64,000 nt of DNA, taken from assembly GCA_964252035.1 (NCBI GenBank), contig OZ176212.1; one strand, given 5' to 3'. Origin of the DNA: Podarcis erhardii (taxonomy: Eukaryota). Shown piece after piece: positions 46,611-59,043 of the stretch. The notes beneath the pieces are model-generated. The model saw only the letters and a list, made by a program, of their open reading frames with translations, made no database searches and was not told where the DNA came from. Within the stretch, counting starts at the first letter, position 1; each line of letters opens with the position of its first letter. The translations under genes were made by a program, and so were the position numbers.

Positions 46611-48150
46611 CCTGCTTGGGTGGCGTTCCAAAGTCTCAACCTCAACTCTCATTTCTGCACCAAAACCTCATGCCAAGGTGAGGCAGGCACCAGAACATGC
46701 CCTTTGCTTCCATCCTGGAGTTAATGTAATGTCCAGGTGGAGAACAGAGGGGTCTTCCAGTCTATGATCCAAGACGGCAGTATTAGCTGGCAGTGGATGG
46801 TACGGATCCGAACGAAACAGTTAGCGACACCAATCCGGGGCGCATGTTGGATCGCAGCCGGCAACAGAACGTGGCCCAGGTCCAAAGTTACCATGAAGAG
46901 GAAGGGATTGAGCAATGCCACCTTGGCACCCGAGGCACGGCAGGCGGACCTAGAAGTAGCAACCCAAGAAGCAGCAAAGTTGCCCGGCAGCAATGATCCA
47001 GAGGAAGCGATATATGGGATCGGTGGCACCTATCCAGCAGGCACGCACGTTCTGGCAAAGGTAAAAGGATCCAAGCCTTCAGGTTTCGGGGAGTTGGCAT
47101 CCGGCTCCAAACGTCAGTTTAGCAACAGCAGCAACAGCAGCCTCCACCCACCAACCCGCCGCCCCGCTTGGTAGCAAAGAGGGATATTAGGCTAAGAGGG
47201 AGGTAAGCCTCCCCAGGTGCCCCTCCGCTCCCCCCAGAAAGCAAAGCCGTGGGCATCCAGAGCCAGGTGCCCTCTTGCCCCGCTGCCTCCCCCTGCAGCT
47301 GCCCACCAGCAGCCCAGGCTCCTCAGGGGAGAGAAGGGGAAACTGAGGACGGGGGGGGGAGACCCCGGGGTGCCCTGAGGAGGGGGGGAGGGTCTCTGTC
47401 AGGGTGGGGCTGAACGAGGGGGGCTTCTACCTCGCTCTTCCTGGGGGGAGGTTGGAGGTGGTGGGGGAGGAGGAGGAGGAGGAGGAGGAGGTGGGTGTCG
47501 CAGCGAAAAGTGTCCTGACGGAAACGCGGCGGCTTCTCCCACCGGCTCACGCCGAAGAGGTTCCCAGATCAACGTTCGTCCTCTCGCGCCCAGGGGGAGC
47601 GGGTCGCGGAGGTGGCTTCTCGCGCACCTTCTGGAGAGCCGAGGGGGATCCTGGCTCACCCCCTCGGGCGAGGGCGCTCGCCTCCGCGACCCACGGAGAC
47701 CCTGCCTCGCCTCCCTTCCCTCCACCGCCTTCTCTCCAGAACTTGGCGCAGCCCCTGAATCTGCGCTCAGCATTTGGGAAGCATTGCAGGAAGCGATGCA
47801 ATTAATGCATGCATGTGTAAATATACGTATGATTTATGTATCTTGTATGCAGGACCCCGCCGACTACATACGAGCCTTTAGTGGAGCCTTTCTCAATCTG
47901 TGGGTCCCCAGATGTTGTTGGACTACAACTCCCATCATCCCTGAGCTCTTCGGGGCGCGAAGGGAGAAGATTGTGGCCCCTCTCTCCTCCCCGAGGACGC
48001 CCTGCTTAGACTGAAACCCTTCGCGTGCTTTTGCTGGACGAAGTTAAGCCCACGGACTTCAGCGGGGCTCAGCTTTCATGAAAACAGACGCGAGTAAAGA
48101 GCTGCACGAAGTTAAGCCAGTCCTGTCCAGCGAACCCAGGACCAGGAACC
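46611..48150 (-). promoter_or_regulatory. CpG island (47100-48150) and probable ZNF581 5' UTR exon(s) ending at 46611 (donor AGG|GTAAGT)
   Basis: GC and CpG rich; acttac at 46605-46610 is a minus-strand consensus donor upstream of the coding exon. Confidence 0.55.
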
Positions 48151-49124
48151 CCGGTTTTTTTCCTGCTCTCCTCCAGGTCCTTCACCACCCGGGCTTAGCC
48201 CCAGCTCTGCCTTCTCCCACCACACAGTGAACCCAGGAGTGATGGGTTCAGCTTCTGCTACCTGTACACTTGCTTCGGGTTATCTAGGTCCTCTCTACAC
48301 ACACACACCCCCCCTCCACTTTCTCCTTTGATGTTTTCTGCCCTGGTGAAGTGTCAAACCCAGCGGCTGAGGAAGAGTGATTTTACATAGATGCAACAGA
48401 TGAAGCTTCTCCCAGAATGGAGAAGGTGTGATGGGGAATGATGAAATTCCTCAAGGAAAGCCATTCCCATCACTGCCTCTTTATTCATGGTGCACATGAA
48501 GAAGGCCTCTTCATGTCATAGCTGTCAACTTTTCGCTTTTCTTGCAAGGAATCCTATTCGGAATAAGGGAATTTCCCTTTAAAAAAGGGAAACGTTGACA
48601 GCTATGCTTCATGTGTTCTTAAGAGGTACATCTTCACTGTTCTCCTAAAAGAGTGTAACATTAAGGCAAGATGTAGCTCAGTTGGTAGATCATTCCAGTG
48701 TTTTGGAGTGCCCACTGAGAAAGGAACACGGCACTGCCAATCTCATCCCCTTCAGGGACAAGCAGCACATCACAATTGTGATGAAACTGTGAGATCCACA
48801 GCTGGGCAGTAAGTTTATTAAAGCTGACCAAAATATCATGAAATACTAGCTAGCACTCTTCTTGAGTTCTTCACTAGGCAAACTATTGCATAAAGCAGAA
48901 GTGAGATTGGGGTGGTCTAGGAAAAGTAAAAGTACAGAAATTAAGTTGGATGTTGTAGAAATCAGATTAGTTTGTAGACTAAATTCCAAGGTGGAGATTG
49001 CACACCAAACTCCAAAATCCACAGTTAGCGATACTTGAAAGCTTGCTGCATTTTGTGATGTTTTGGTCAATAAAGATTGAGACTAACTTGTCACAGAGTT
49101 CTCCAGATCTCTTCATCAGCTACA

Positions 49125-49325
49125 TAGAGTGTTGGACTCGGAGATCACTTCAAATCTCCACTCTGCCATGAAGCTCATTGGGTGACTTTAGGCCAATCCC
49201 TACCTCTCAACCCAGCCTACGTCACAGGGCTGTTGTAGGGATTAACTGGGGAGGGGGGGAGTAACATATATGCCACCCTGAGCTCCTTGAGCAAATAAAA
49301 GTGGGATATAGATGCAATAAGAAAA
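49125..49325 (+). mobile_element. MIR/Squam3-like SINE (older copy)
   Basis: agagtgttggact...ttcaaatctccactctgccatgaagctcattgggtgactttaggcc CORE-type body with an L2-like tail. Confidence 0.65.
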
Positions 49326-51512
49326 TTTAAAACAAAACAAAACACCCAAAGTACAAAAAAAATTCTGCTGACCTCATGGCTCCATCATCTGCTTAACTTT
49401 TGTATTTTTGGGGGTTTTTCTCATCTTACTCACCCCCTGCTTTGTATAACATCTTCCCTGTTGAAGAGTTCTAGAGAACTCAAAATCTTGCCACACTTTG
49501 TGACATGTTGGCTGATTCCATCCTTCTTATTAGATGACCAACATTAAGAAAAAATATGGCAGCAAACAGCATAGAATCAACAAGAAATTTATATTCATAA
49601 AATAAGTGCATCACAAATTGGTAGATCAGGTTAGGACATCAACAGATCTGGATCACCACTCAGGGGAAAGTTGGCTTGTACTAACTGTTCCACAGCAGAA
49701 ATTTCATGTGAATTCTACACACAAACATCCATTCTGATTACCCTGACAAAAATGCACAGATGCAGAGGGAAACACAATGGTGTAAAACAAATACACAGCT
49801 ACTCTCCCCCAACACACTTCCACACAAAGACAAGACAGTAGGTGGATGATAAAGTGGTATGTTTAGGGTGAGGCTTTTCTCTGCCACATGACTTCTCCCA
49901 CCCACTAGGATAATGACCAGGCATTGGGATCCTATTTTTAATCTTAATTATGGGTTTTGGTGTTAAAATCATGCCTGTTCCTGCACATTCTAGGCTCTGT
50001 TCTGGCATGTTGCGGCATTCTCCCCCACTCCAGACTCCCCAACATCCTTCCACAGCCATCTTTATGACATGTCTCCTCTTCCCCCGCTGCCTTGCGGGAT
50101 ATCTTTGGGAGAAGAAAAGCCGAAGGAGTAAACCTTACACAAATCCAGAGTGGAGACCCTAAGACAATTAGATGGCACCTTGTATAGCTCCTTCCAGCAA
50201 CTCCTGCAGCCAAGCTGATGCCAAATGACTTGCTCCGCTTTCCTTTGGACCACATCAGTGAGGCTGAGATGAGGGTCTTGTCATCTGGGTAGCCCAGGAC
50301 CTCCATACACGCTGCCCAGCTTGTTCCCCAGGGAGGTCACTTTTGACTTCGCCCCTTGATGTGCACTCCATTGTCTCTTGAGACAGATGCCAACCATCCA
50401 ACCTCTTCATCCTCCCTCTCAGAAATTTCTCTTTATCGGGCTGGTACTTTATGGGGTAAAGTACTCAGCCCACCCAACTACCTAGATGTTGAGAGGTACA
50501 ATTGTGGCTTGAATGGTTTATTTTGTGGGGGAGAGTGGATGAATTATAGTTATGCTCAAAGTCTAACTGCTGGTCTTGATTTTCGTGACAATTAGCTTGT
50601 GACAGTGGAGACACTGGCTCACATTTCATGTTCAGTTAAGAAATATGTTCTTATATCCAAATCCTTTTAACTGTGTTTGTGTGGGGTGTGTGTCATTTTA
50701 AAAAAAATATAATTTATTTTTGTTCTTGTTTTTATTGCGCATTCAAATTTAATAAATAAGTGATAGTTCCACCTAGGGTTGGCAACATGAAGCCCACAAA
50801 GCCTTTGTGCCTCCTTCTCACCAGCCCCTTTTGTACTGGGGTGGTTTCCTTCCCTGCTCCCCCCCCCCCCCCATTTTAAAAGCACATAGAGGTAAAGGAG
50901 GAAATTGGAAGAGGGATGCTGTTTCCTTGTTCCACCTCCTTGTGTTTTTCAAGGACTCATCTTGGCAACTGAGCAGAAAACGGGAAGGGGGGGGAGGAAA
51001 ATGGAGCATCACAGAAGGCGGGAGAAGAGAGGGGGTGACAGCGGAAGGATAGAAAATGTGAATGGAAACTTAGTCACTTCATTTTCCTGGAGAGAGAGAG
51101 AGAGAGAGAAGATGGATCCAGCAAAACAATTCCTACTGAAATTGCATTTCTTCCCTCACAGATCCCTGCCTCCCTCCCACAACTCACCATCAAATCAAAG
51201 TTCATATCTCTCCTCGGTGACTGAACCATAACCACTAGAGATTCACTGCCTTCCAGGACTGCTACGGACCTTCATCTTTATTTTTTTTACAAGGCATCCC
51301 CCTCAAAAGCACAATCAAATCACAGGTCACCTCTGTATCCACATATGTGTTCTGTTATTTATAGTCATGTGGAAAAATCATGAGGAATTGTACCTTGACG
51401 AATGTTTTTGTGGTACTAGCAAGTACTGGATCTGTATTTTATCAATGGATCAGAGGGAAGGAGGTGCTAGACACAGGTTATGGATATTATTCTGTCCTTT
51501 TATATCTTGAAA

Positions 51513-51963
51513 TATATAATACTTGAAAGTAGTGATGTATGGAAGTGAGAGCTGGACCATAAAGAAGGTTGATCGCCGAAGAATTGATGCTTTTGAATTA
51601 TGGTGCTGGAGGAGTCTCTTGAGAGTCCCATGGACTGCAAGAAGATCAAACCTCTCCATTCTTAAGGAAATCAGCCCTGAGTGCTCACTGGAAGGACAGA
51701 TCCTGAAGCTGGGGCTCCAATACTTTGGCCACCTCATGGGAAGAGAAGACTTCCTGGAAAAGACCCTGATGTTGGGAAAGATGGAGGGCACAAGGAGAAG
51801 GGGACGACAGAGGATGAGATGGTTGGTTAGTGTTCTCGAAGCTACAAGCATGGGTTTGACCAAACTGCGGGAGGCAGTGGAAGACAGAAGTGCCTGGCGT
51901 GCTCTGGTCCATGCGGTCATGAAGAGTCGGACACGACTAAACGACTAAACAACAACAACAAAA
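51513..51963 (+). mobile_element. 5'-truncated BovB (RTE) LINE
   Basis: Open frame VVMYGSESWTIKK..RRIDAFELWCWR..RVPWTARRSN...LKLGLQYFGHLM...LEKTLMLGK..G.RRRGRQRMRW is the BovB ORF C-terminus; (AAC)n tail; 11-bp repeat ATATCTTGAAA at 51502-51512 and 51964-51974. Confidence 0.95.
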
Positions 51964-51971
51964 ATATCTTG

Positions 51972-52150
51972 AAAGAACATAAGAAGGGCACTAAGGGATC
52001 ATGCCAATGATCCATCTAGTCTAGCATCCTGTTCTCACAGCGGCCAACCAGATGCCTGGGGAAAGCTCACGAGCAGGACCTGAGCACAAGAGCAACTCTT
52101 TCCGCCTGTGCTTTCTTTCCTCCAGCAGCTGGTATTCAGAGGCATTAGTG
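51972..52150 (-). mobile_element. CR1-type LINE 3' end
   Basis: aagaacataagaag is the reverse of a (TTCTTATG)-type tail; continues catctagtctagcatcctgttctcacagcggccaaccagatgcc. Confidence 0.7.
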
Positions 52151-53179
52151 CCCCTGACAGCAGACGTTTCTTCTATAGTGGACCTCAAGGTGGCCTCAGA
52201 CCTCCTTCAATTCAGGAAGAGACAGGTGGCAAACACGTCAGTATAGAAGGACAGGGAAGGAGGGAATGATCCAGGAAATTTGAATGGGTATCACCTACAG
52301 CAGAGATGGTGATCTCATGACCCAGAACTTGCCTAAAAACTTTTAACTGAGTGTATAGTAAAACATGGGCCCATAATTCCATTCATAAAAGAGGGGATAT
52401 TTCTAGTTGTAAAAATGTAGTCCATACAATGTAATGTTACATCTCTCTAGCAATTTCATGCCTCACCATGTCCATCAGCTGGCTCTCCCCTGGCAGCCTT
52501 AGATGCCACCTTATGCCCCTTCCAAGTACCATTAGGTACTTTCCCACCAGGCCCCTGATTTGCCAGGCATCACTCCTTAGTTCCCAGGCTCCTCTTGCTG
52601 TCACAGGACCTGAATTTTAGACCAAGCTGCACTACCCACAAGTCACATCTTTCTTTCCTGAAAATCTGGCTCAAATTTTTGGGTTATTAATGTGAGATAA
52701 AACAGGGTAACAGCAAGGGCGCAACAGCCCCCCTAAATCAAGCAAATAAATAAATAAAAATCCTTAAGTAACTGAGGTTCTCCCCCCCACACACACACAT
52801 AAAACCTGTCCCCACTAACATAAATCTTGGCTACACCCATGTGTAACAGTGACTGTGGTGTGGGGAAGGCTCTTGGCACATGCTTAGAGGTCCTGTCATC
52901 CTTGATACTTAACGTTTTCCAAGGCTGGACCAAGGCAGCATGGTAGACTGAGCAACCTCTGAGGCTTACAGAAAGTACTACACATGGTAGAAAAAAAATA
53001 CTGGATTTGTAAGCAAGGCCAATTGTGATTTACGTGTTTGATTGCTGGTTAGAGGGCCAGAAGAGTTGGGAGAGCCTTGTGGAGATAATTCCCTCTACTT
53101 AGCCTCAACATTTTCTCCCGGAGGCTGTTTCACAGGTGCACGTGCTTCACTTGATTTCTGGCAAGCTAGGCAGCTCGAG

Positions 53180-53950
53180 CAGATTCCTGCGCAAAGTATT
53201 GCGCTTGTTAGGAGACATCCGCGGCGTGCATCTGTGCTGCTAGATCCGTGGTGGCTCGTTTAGACGTTCAAACCTGCCCTCCGGGAACGAAGGGATTGCT
53301 GTGAATTATTAGATTATTTTTTTGCCTCTAATCGGCGACGTGCCCCCCCCCCCACTTCAAAGCTGTCTCGCTCCTCCTACTCCCTTTTCCTCGCCACCTC
53401 CTCTCGCTGCACTTTACAGACGCTCCCCTGCTCAGCTGCAGCCCGGAGCTGTTGTTTGGGACGCTCCGGCGTGGATGCGGTTGTGCAAGAGTAAGGTAAG
53501 AACTGCATGTCCTGGCAGGAGCGGGGGGTTGTGAGAGATAGTCTCGGTCCCCTGCACACACCTTGACTTGATCCTTTCCCATCGCTAACCCCGCTGCTGG
53601 TTCTCTGGAGATCTGACCCCCCCCCAAGCATCCCGTGCGTAATGCTCTCCAAGTCTCGGGGCGCAGCGCCGAGGGCGCACGGGGGTCCTTTGGCGTCTCC
53701 AAAGTCTTGGCGCGGGCGTCGCCACCACCGACATTGGGGGACGGGGAGGGAGGAATCCTTCATTACAGGGCAGCAGCCGGGGCCATTTTGGAGTGGTGGT
53801 GGGCTCTGGTTTTCTTTGCCAAAGGCCCGATTTGATGGGGGATAGCGGGTGGGGCGGAGAGGGAGGGTTACAGACCCCCCTCCATCCCAGGCAATTCCTT
53901 GACGTCGTCTCGAGCCGGCCTGCTGTAGGGAGTTTGCGTGGGAGAAGCTT
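53180..53950 (+). promoter_or_regulatory. CpG island; probable CCDC106 promoter and non-coding exon 1 (donor AAG|GTAAGA near 53496)
   Basis: CpG-rich block upstream of the CCDC106 coding exons; consensus donor; YY1-like GCCATTTT near 53782. Confidence 0.6.
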
Positions 53951-53994
53951 GTATCTGGTTACTAGCGAGATTCTAGTAGGATGCAGGGAAATGG

Positions 53995-53999
<5 letters not shown>

Positions 54000-54031
<32 letters not shown>
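54000..54031. repeat. (AG)n microsatellite
   Basis: Directly visible. Confidence 0.9.
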
Positions 54032-54033
<2 letters not shown>

Positions 54034-54756
54034 CCTTGCTGTGGCCAGTTGGTTTGGAGTCGGAGAGAAGGCGAGCAAGTCTGGGCATCATTGAAGGACC
54101 AAGTAATGGCAATGAGGAAACGGGTAGGTGGGCAAAGGTCAATGACTGGCGGGGAAGAAAGGCAAATGCCATGCAGGTGTTAACTGTGGGGCCTGACTAG
54201 GTGGTGATAGTCACCTGTAGGACTCCAAGAGGTGGCTCAGACCAAGATCTTTTGCGGCTGAGACAGCTGCACCTCAGGATCTCAAGAGGTGTGCCCCCAA
54301 ATGCATTGCAATGTCCCAGAGGGTGCAAGGAGGGACACAACACCCTGGTTGCTTCCCTGGCACCCATAAGAATGTTGTGACTTCCCTTCTCTCCACTGGT
54401 TGAGTTACTTGTCAGTTGGCTTTTGCTTCAGATTTTGGTTTCCAGAAGCTGAGCTTTTTGGGTTTTAGGTAAGCATGTTAGAGTCTGTGTGACAAGGAGG
54501 GAGGGGCCAAGCCAAGGAATAGAGAACTGGAGCCTGCAAGTAGCAACTAGGCTTTATTCACCTGGATTGATGACCTACTTTGGCAAACCCCCATGTGCAT
54601 TTGCCTACACACACACACAGAGGCTGGGAGCCTCAATGGAGCTCCTCTGGAGGCTTCACCTGGTGCAAAAAAAACCCCCGTTAACCACCTCCCTGCCCCC
54701 CACCGCCCCCATAGCTATGGATCTGAGGAATGCATTTATTTTATTTATTAAAACAT

Positions 54757-54900
54757 ATAGCTCAGTTGGTAGAACATGAGACTTTAAATCTCAGGGTTGT
54801 GGGTCCAAGCCCCACTTTGTGCAAAAAGATTCCTGCATTGCAGGGGGTTGGACCAGATGACTCTTGCTGTCCCTGCCAGCTCTACAGTTCTATGATTCTC
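54757..54900 (+). mobile_element. tRNA-Lys-derived SINE with CR1-like tail
   Basis: tagctcagttggtagaacatgagact..aatctcagggttgtgggtccaagcccca head; cattgcagggggttggaccagatg...ttctatgattct tail. Confidence 0.85.
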
Positions 54901-56938
54901 TTCTATATTTATGCCACTTCTTTCCATGTAAATATGAAACTCAAGGCAGCTTGCAACAGATGCATCTTTCTATCTATTGATAACTGGTTGTATTGCCAGT
55001 TGCACATTTTAATCCATTTGGGAAAATGCTGTAGCAAATGCAACATACAGAAAGGATTGCAACATCCAGTGGGTTTTTTTATTAGTAATTGGTTATTCAA
55101 CTGCATTAAAAAAAAAAAAAGTAAGCTGCATCAGTGCAATACATAGAGAATGCATTCTGCAGTGTTGGGAGCCGGTTAAGAGTCTAGCTGCTGAAATATT
55201 GGGGGCTGGATCTGATAAGAGATTGTATCCCATCCCTATATAATGGTCTGTTATTAACAGATATGCATTGAATTGTTGACTGAGGCTGGACAAGAGAGGT
55301 GTGTATGTGCATTTGTGCAAGTTAGTGGCAGCATGGGAACTGAACTGAATGGAAGTGGGGTTCTATCTCTCCCCCATCCCCCAAACTTCCACCCACATAC
55401 AATCCATTAACTTTGCAGGCATAGCTAAGCTACAAGAAAATGTGGTTTCCAGCCCTAAACAATTTTTGTACTTGTGTCCAAGTCTAGTTTGTGTGTGGGT
55501 CCCTCTTAGACACATCCCCACCACCCCTTAAGGATTGTTGCACATAACAACACTTCAGGGAGCTTGAGCAGGGTCTCCTCTGACACTTTTAGATACTTCA
55601 AAGGGAGTCGGGGGGGGGGGGAGGAGGCAATGACCTTCAGTGGTTTGCTCTGTTCCAATTCTAGAGAACCAGAGAATGAGTGTGAGCATGTGCACTCATG
55701 ACTCGATTGAAACATCAAGGAGTAACTTGCATAAATGAATGGAGCCATCACAGATATAGCACCATCAGAGACTGAATTTTCACTGCAACTCTGGGTGACG
55801 GATGCTTGAGTAATCAAGGGATGTGATGTACATGCATGTGAAAGCCGAATCCATGAGTTTCACCTGGGTTGAGAGAGAAAAAAAGTTTATCTGAGCAAGA
55901 GAGCTGGCCTTACAACCCCTGTGCCTTTACAGGACTGCTGGAAGCAGCTGCTTTGGGGATCACCTCCTTTTTCATAGGGGGCATCGCTCCACTGCAGTGC
56001 CCCTGCCTGCTTTTGTTGCTGTGGGATCTCCTGGCCTAACCTATTAATTTCCCTGTCTTGCCTCTGTCCAGGTGTTTGGAGCTATTTCCTAAGTGGACAG
56101 GTAGCTGTGTGGAAGATCTTGGATCCCCAAGTGTCACCCTGGCTCAGGTAGAGATCCTCTTGGAAACAGTGCGAGATAGGGGGTACCTGGGAACTTTTTT
56201 GACCTGGTGAGTCAGATCTTTATATCCCTGCAGCCTATAGGTCAACTTTGACAGGTGGGCAGGGCCACCCATCTGTCAGTCAACTGATGTCATTACAGTG
56301 CCAAGTAACCTATCAAAATGGATTGTTGGGGTGGGGTGGGATGGCTTCTGGGGGGATTTGGTAAGGCAGCACCCAGCAGGATGGGAACCTCTTCCTCCCC
56401 ATCATGACGTAGACCCTAGTTTGTTGTCAGGTATTCTCAGTGCTTTTTTCTGGGGGAATGCAGGGGTACACATACCCCTAAACATTTTGTGAATCTTTGT
56501 ACTTTTGTCCATTCACTGTATTTATTTCCCCCAATTTGAACTATAAAATGGTGATTTTCTTGAGTCAAAATGAGAGTACCCCTAAACATTTTTTTAGAAA
56601 AAGAGCACTGGGTATTCAAATATGTTTTAGGAAGAGCTACACCTTATCCCCGCCCCCCCCATCCTGCTGTCAATGTGCATTATTGGAATTATACATTTAT
56701 AGAATGGGAGGACATACCTGAAAGACTGTAATTCAGTGTTCTCTGAAAAGAGCAAAAATTTTCAAAAAAGGGGGCTCCTTGGCTGGGGATTCTTGTCAGG
56801 GTACAAGGGGAGGCTGCTTTGGAGTTTACTCATTAGGAAAATCTAGGGGAGACAGAATATCAGGCAGATCTGCCCAGTTAGATCACCTCTCCTGCTCTCT
56901 AGGTTAGCAGCATCCGTCCCACCTGGGGAGGGAGGACA

Positions 56939-57005
56939 ATGACTGAAAGTAACCACCATCACCAACGGGCAACTAGGGGACGTCGTGGATCGGGAGCAAA
57001 GCCAG
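56939..57005 (+). CDS. CCDC106: CCDC106 coding exon 1 (MTESNHHHQRATRGRRGSGAKP, phase 1)
   Basis: Acceptor ctctag at 56902, ATG with A at -3, donor CAG|GTCAGT; 67 nt gives the phase 1 that the next exon needs. Confidence 0.7.
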
Positions 57006-57309
57006 GTCAGTGTATGTCTGATGGGAGAGGGGTGGGTTTCAAAGGCCCTGAGGGTGGGAGACGGGTGAAACTGCTCCCCTCCTAGTAGTGGGCCAAATTG
57101 ACTGGATTTAGGTTCCATCCTGGATAGCTCAGTTGATGGGAACATGTGTGCCATTGATTTCAGTGGGAACTTAGCTCAAAGTCACGTCCGGTAATATTTT
57201 TGTCTGCCTTGAAACTGTTGATCTTACAAAAGGGGGGATGAGTATTCTTCGGCTCTTACATTTGTTTCCCTGCCTCCCCCTGCAATTCCCCTACTGTTGA
57301 TATTTACAG

Positions 57310-57432
57310 TGAAGGAAGACAATGAAGCTTATAAAACAGCCATACCTTTGGATGAGCCGCACCAAATGGAATCGCAGACTCAAACTCAGCAACAGTTGTA
57401 TTATGGTCTGAGCCCTCCTCAGAATTTTGATG
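57310..57432 (+). CDS. CCDC106: CCDC106 coding exon 2 (VKEDNEAYKTAIPLDEP...YYGLSPPQNFD)
   Basis: AG/GT boundaries, 123 nt, phase 1-1; resembles human KDDETFEISIPFDE...FYSLSP..NFE as recalled. Confidence 0.85.
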
Positions 57433-57663
57433 GTAAGAAAAAATACCCCCGCTTCCTGTCAGTAATATATGAACGAATACTCTTTAACTATGTGCTAGAT
57501 CTCGTTGGGCGACTCGGCACCCAAATAACCCTTTTTTTTGCCATTCCTCAGGTAAATATGCACCTGCTGTCACTTCCACAATCATGGCACTTCTAGAAAG
57601 TGGGGGTGAGGAGAGAAATCAGTTACTGTATGTGTTAATTTGCTCCTGATGAAAATCAGAGTA

Positions 57664-57889
57664 TAGTGGTACCTCAGGTTAAGAACTTAATTCGTTCTGG
57701 AGATCCATTCTTAGCCTGAAACTGTTCTTAACCTGAAGCACCACTTTAGCTAATGGGGCTTCCTGCTGCTGCCATGCCACCGCCGCGTGATTTCTGTTCT
57801 CATCCTGAAGCAAAGTTCTTAACCTGAGGTACTATTTCTGGGTTAGCGGAGTCTGTAACCTGAAGCGTCTGTAACCCGAGGTACCACTG
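57664..57889. mobile_element. Tc1/mariner MITE (inverted sister of 17919-18133)
   Basis: (t)agtggtacctc / gaggtaccactg termini flanked by TA; body is the reverse complement of the 17.9-kb copy. Confidence 0.85.
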
Positions 57890-58027
57890 TATTAGATGCA
57901 AAGAAGGCTATGGCTTTAATAAGGCAGGTGCAAATCTCCCTTGCCCCGTTTGCTTCTCACAGGAAGGGTGAGAAGGGTTAGAAAAGGTTTTTGGGCAGAG
58001 TTGGGTGCGAGACCTTTGGGTGTTTGA

Positions 58028-58306
<279 letters not shown>

Positions 58307-58842
58307 TGAGTGGGTGGGTGGGTGGGTGGTGCTTTGCTGGGAGGGGGCGCCTTTCGGAGTCTCTTGGGAGGAAGGGCCAGGGGAATGTCAGCCAAGGCAC
58401 CTTGGTAGGACGCAGTGCTATTTTTCTAGAAAAAGAACTCACCACGAACCCCTCCCTGGCTCTCTTAGAATGGCAATGGCATCCACCTGAGAGGCGCCTG
58501 AACTGAGTTCCAGTTGGAGGTCCCTGTGTTAGAGAGTCAAGGGCTGTGTTTTTTTGAGGGTTCTCTGATTTGAGGAGTTTGAATCTAGCTGTGCTATGAC
58601 GGGCTTCTGTCTCCCTCTCTGTCTGATGCAGGCCCAGACAGAGTGGGGTGGGGCATATGGGCCACTTGGCCCCCTCGGTCAGCATATTCACAATCGCAGG
58701 GGATGCACTGGGGCGAACGTGGAGGCGCAAAGGCGTCCAGGCCCAGACAGAGGGGCCCCCGCATTATCTACCTGGTCTGGGCCTCTGCCTGGCTCTGCAA
58801 GGCCCTGGTCTGATGCTGCCTGCCCTTTCCCCTCCGCCCTAG

Positions 58843-59043
58843 ATGAGCACTGCCGCAGCAAGCAGCTCCCACGGCGGTCCGAGGTGTCTGACAGCCGGAA
58901 CGGGGATGTGACAGACGATGACAGTATGGGCTCCTGGATGAGTGCCGGCCCCGAGGAAGGAGGCTCCGCAGAGCACAAGAAGCAAAAAGGAGGGGTCAAC
59001 AGACGGCGCTTTGCCAAGCCCAAAGTCCGTGAGAGGCAGAGAG
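58843..59043 (+). CDS. CCDC106: CCDC106 coding exon 4 (basic NLS-like KKQKGGVNRRRFAKPKVRERQR)
   Basis: ccgccctag acceptor, gtgagt donor; 201 nt, phase 1-1. Confidence 0.93.

Noticed and set aside
50000-50350. Segment resembling an interspersed LINE/SINE-related repeat
   Set aside because: Only one copy in the window and no diagnostic termini, so the family could not be assigned.
54757-54830. tRNA-like sequence with anticodon loop CTTTAAA (TTA, nominal ochre suppressor)
   Set aside because: The acceptor stem is missing and the sequence continues into a CR1-like SINE tail; it is a mutated tRNA-Lys-derived SINE head, not a tRNA gene.
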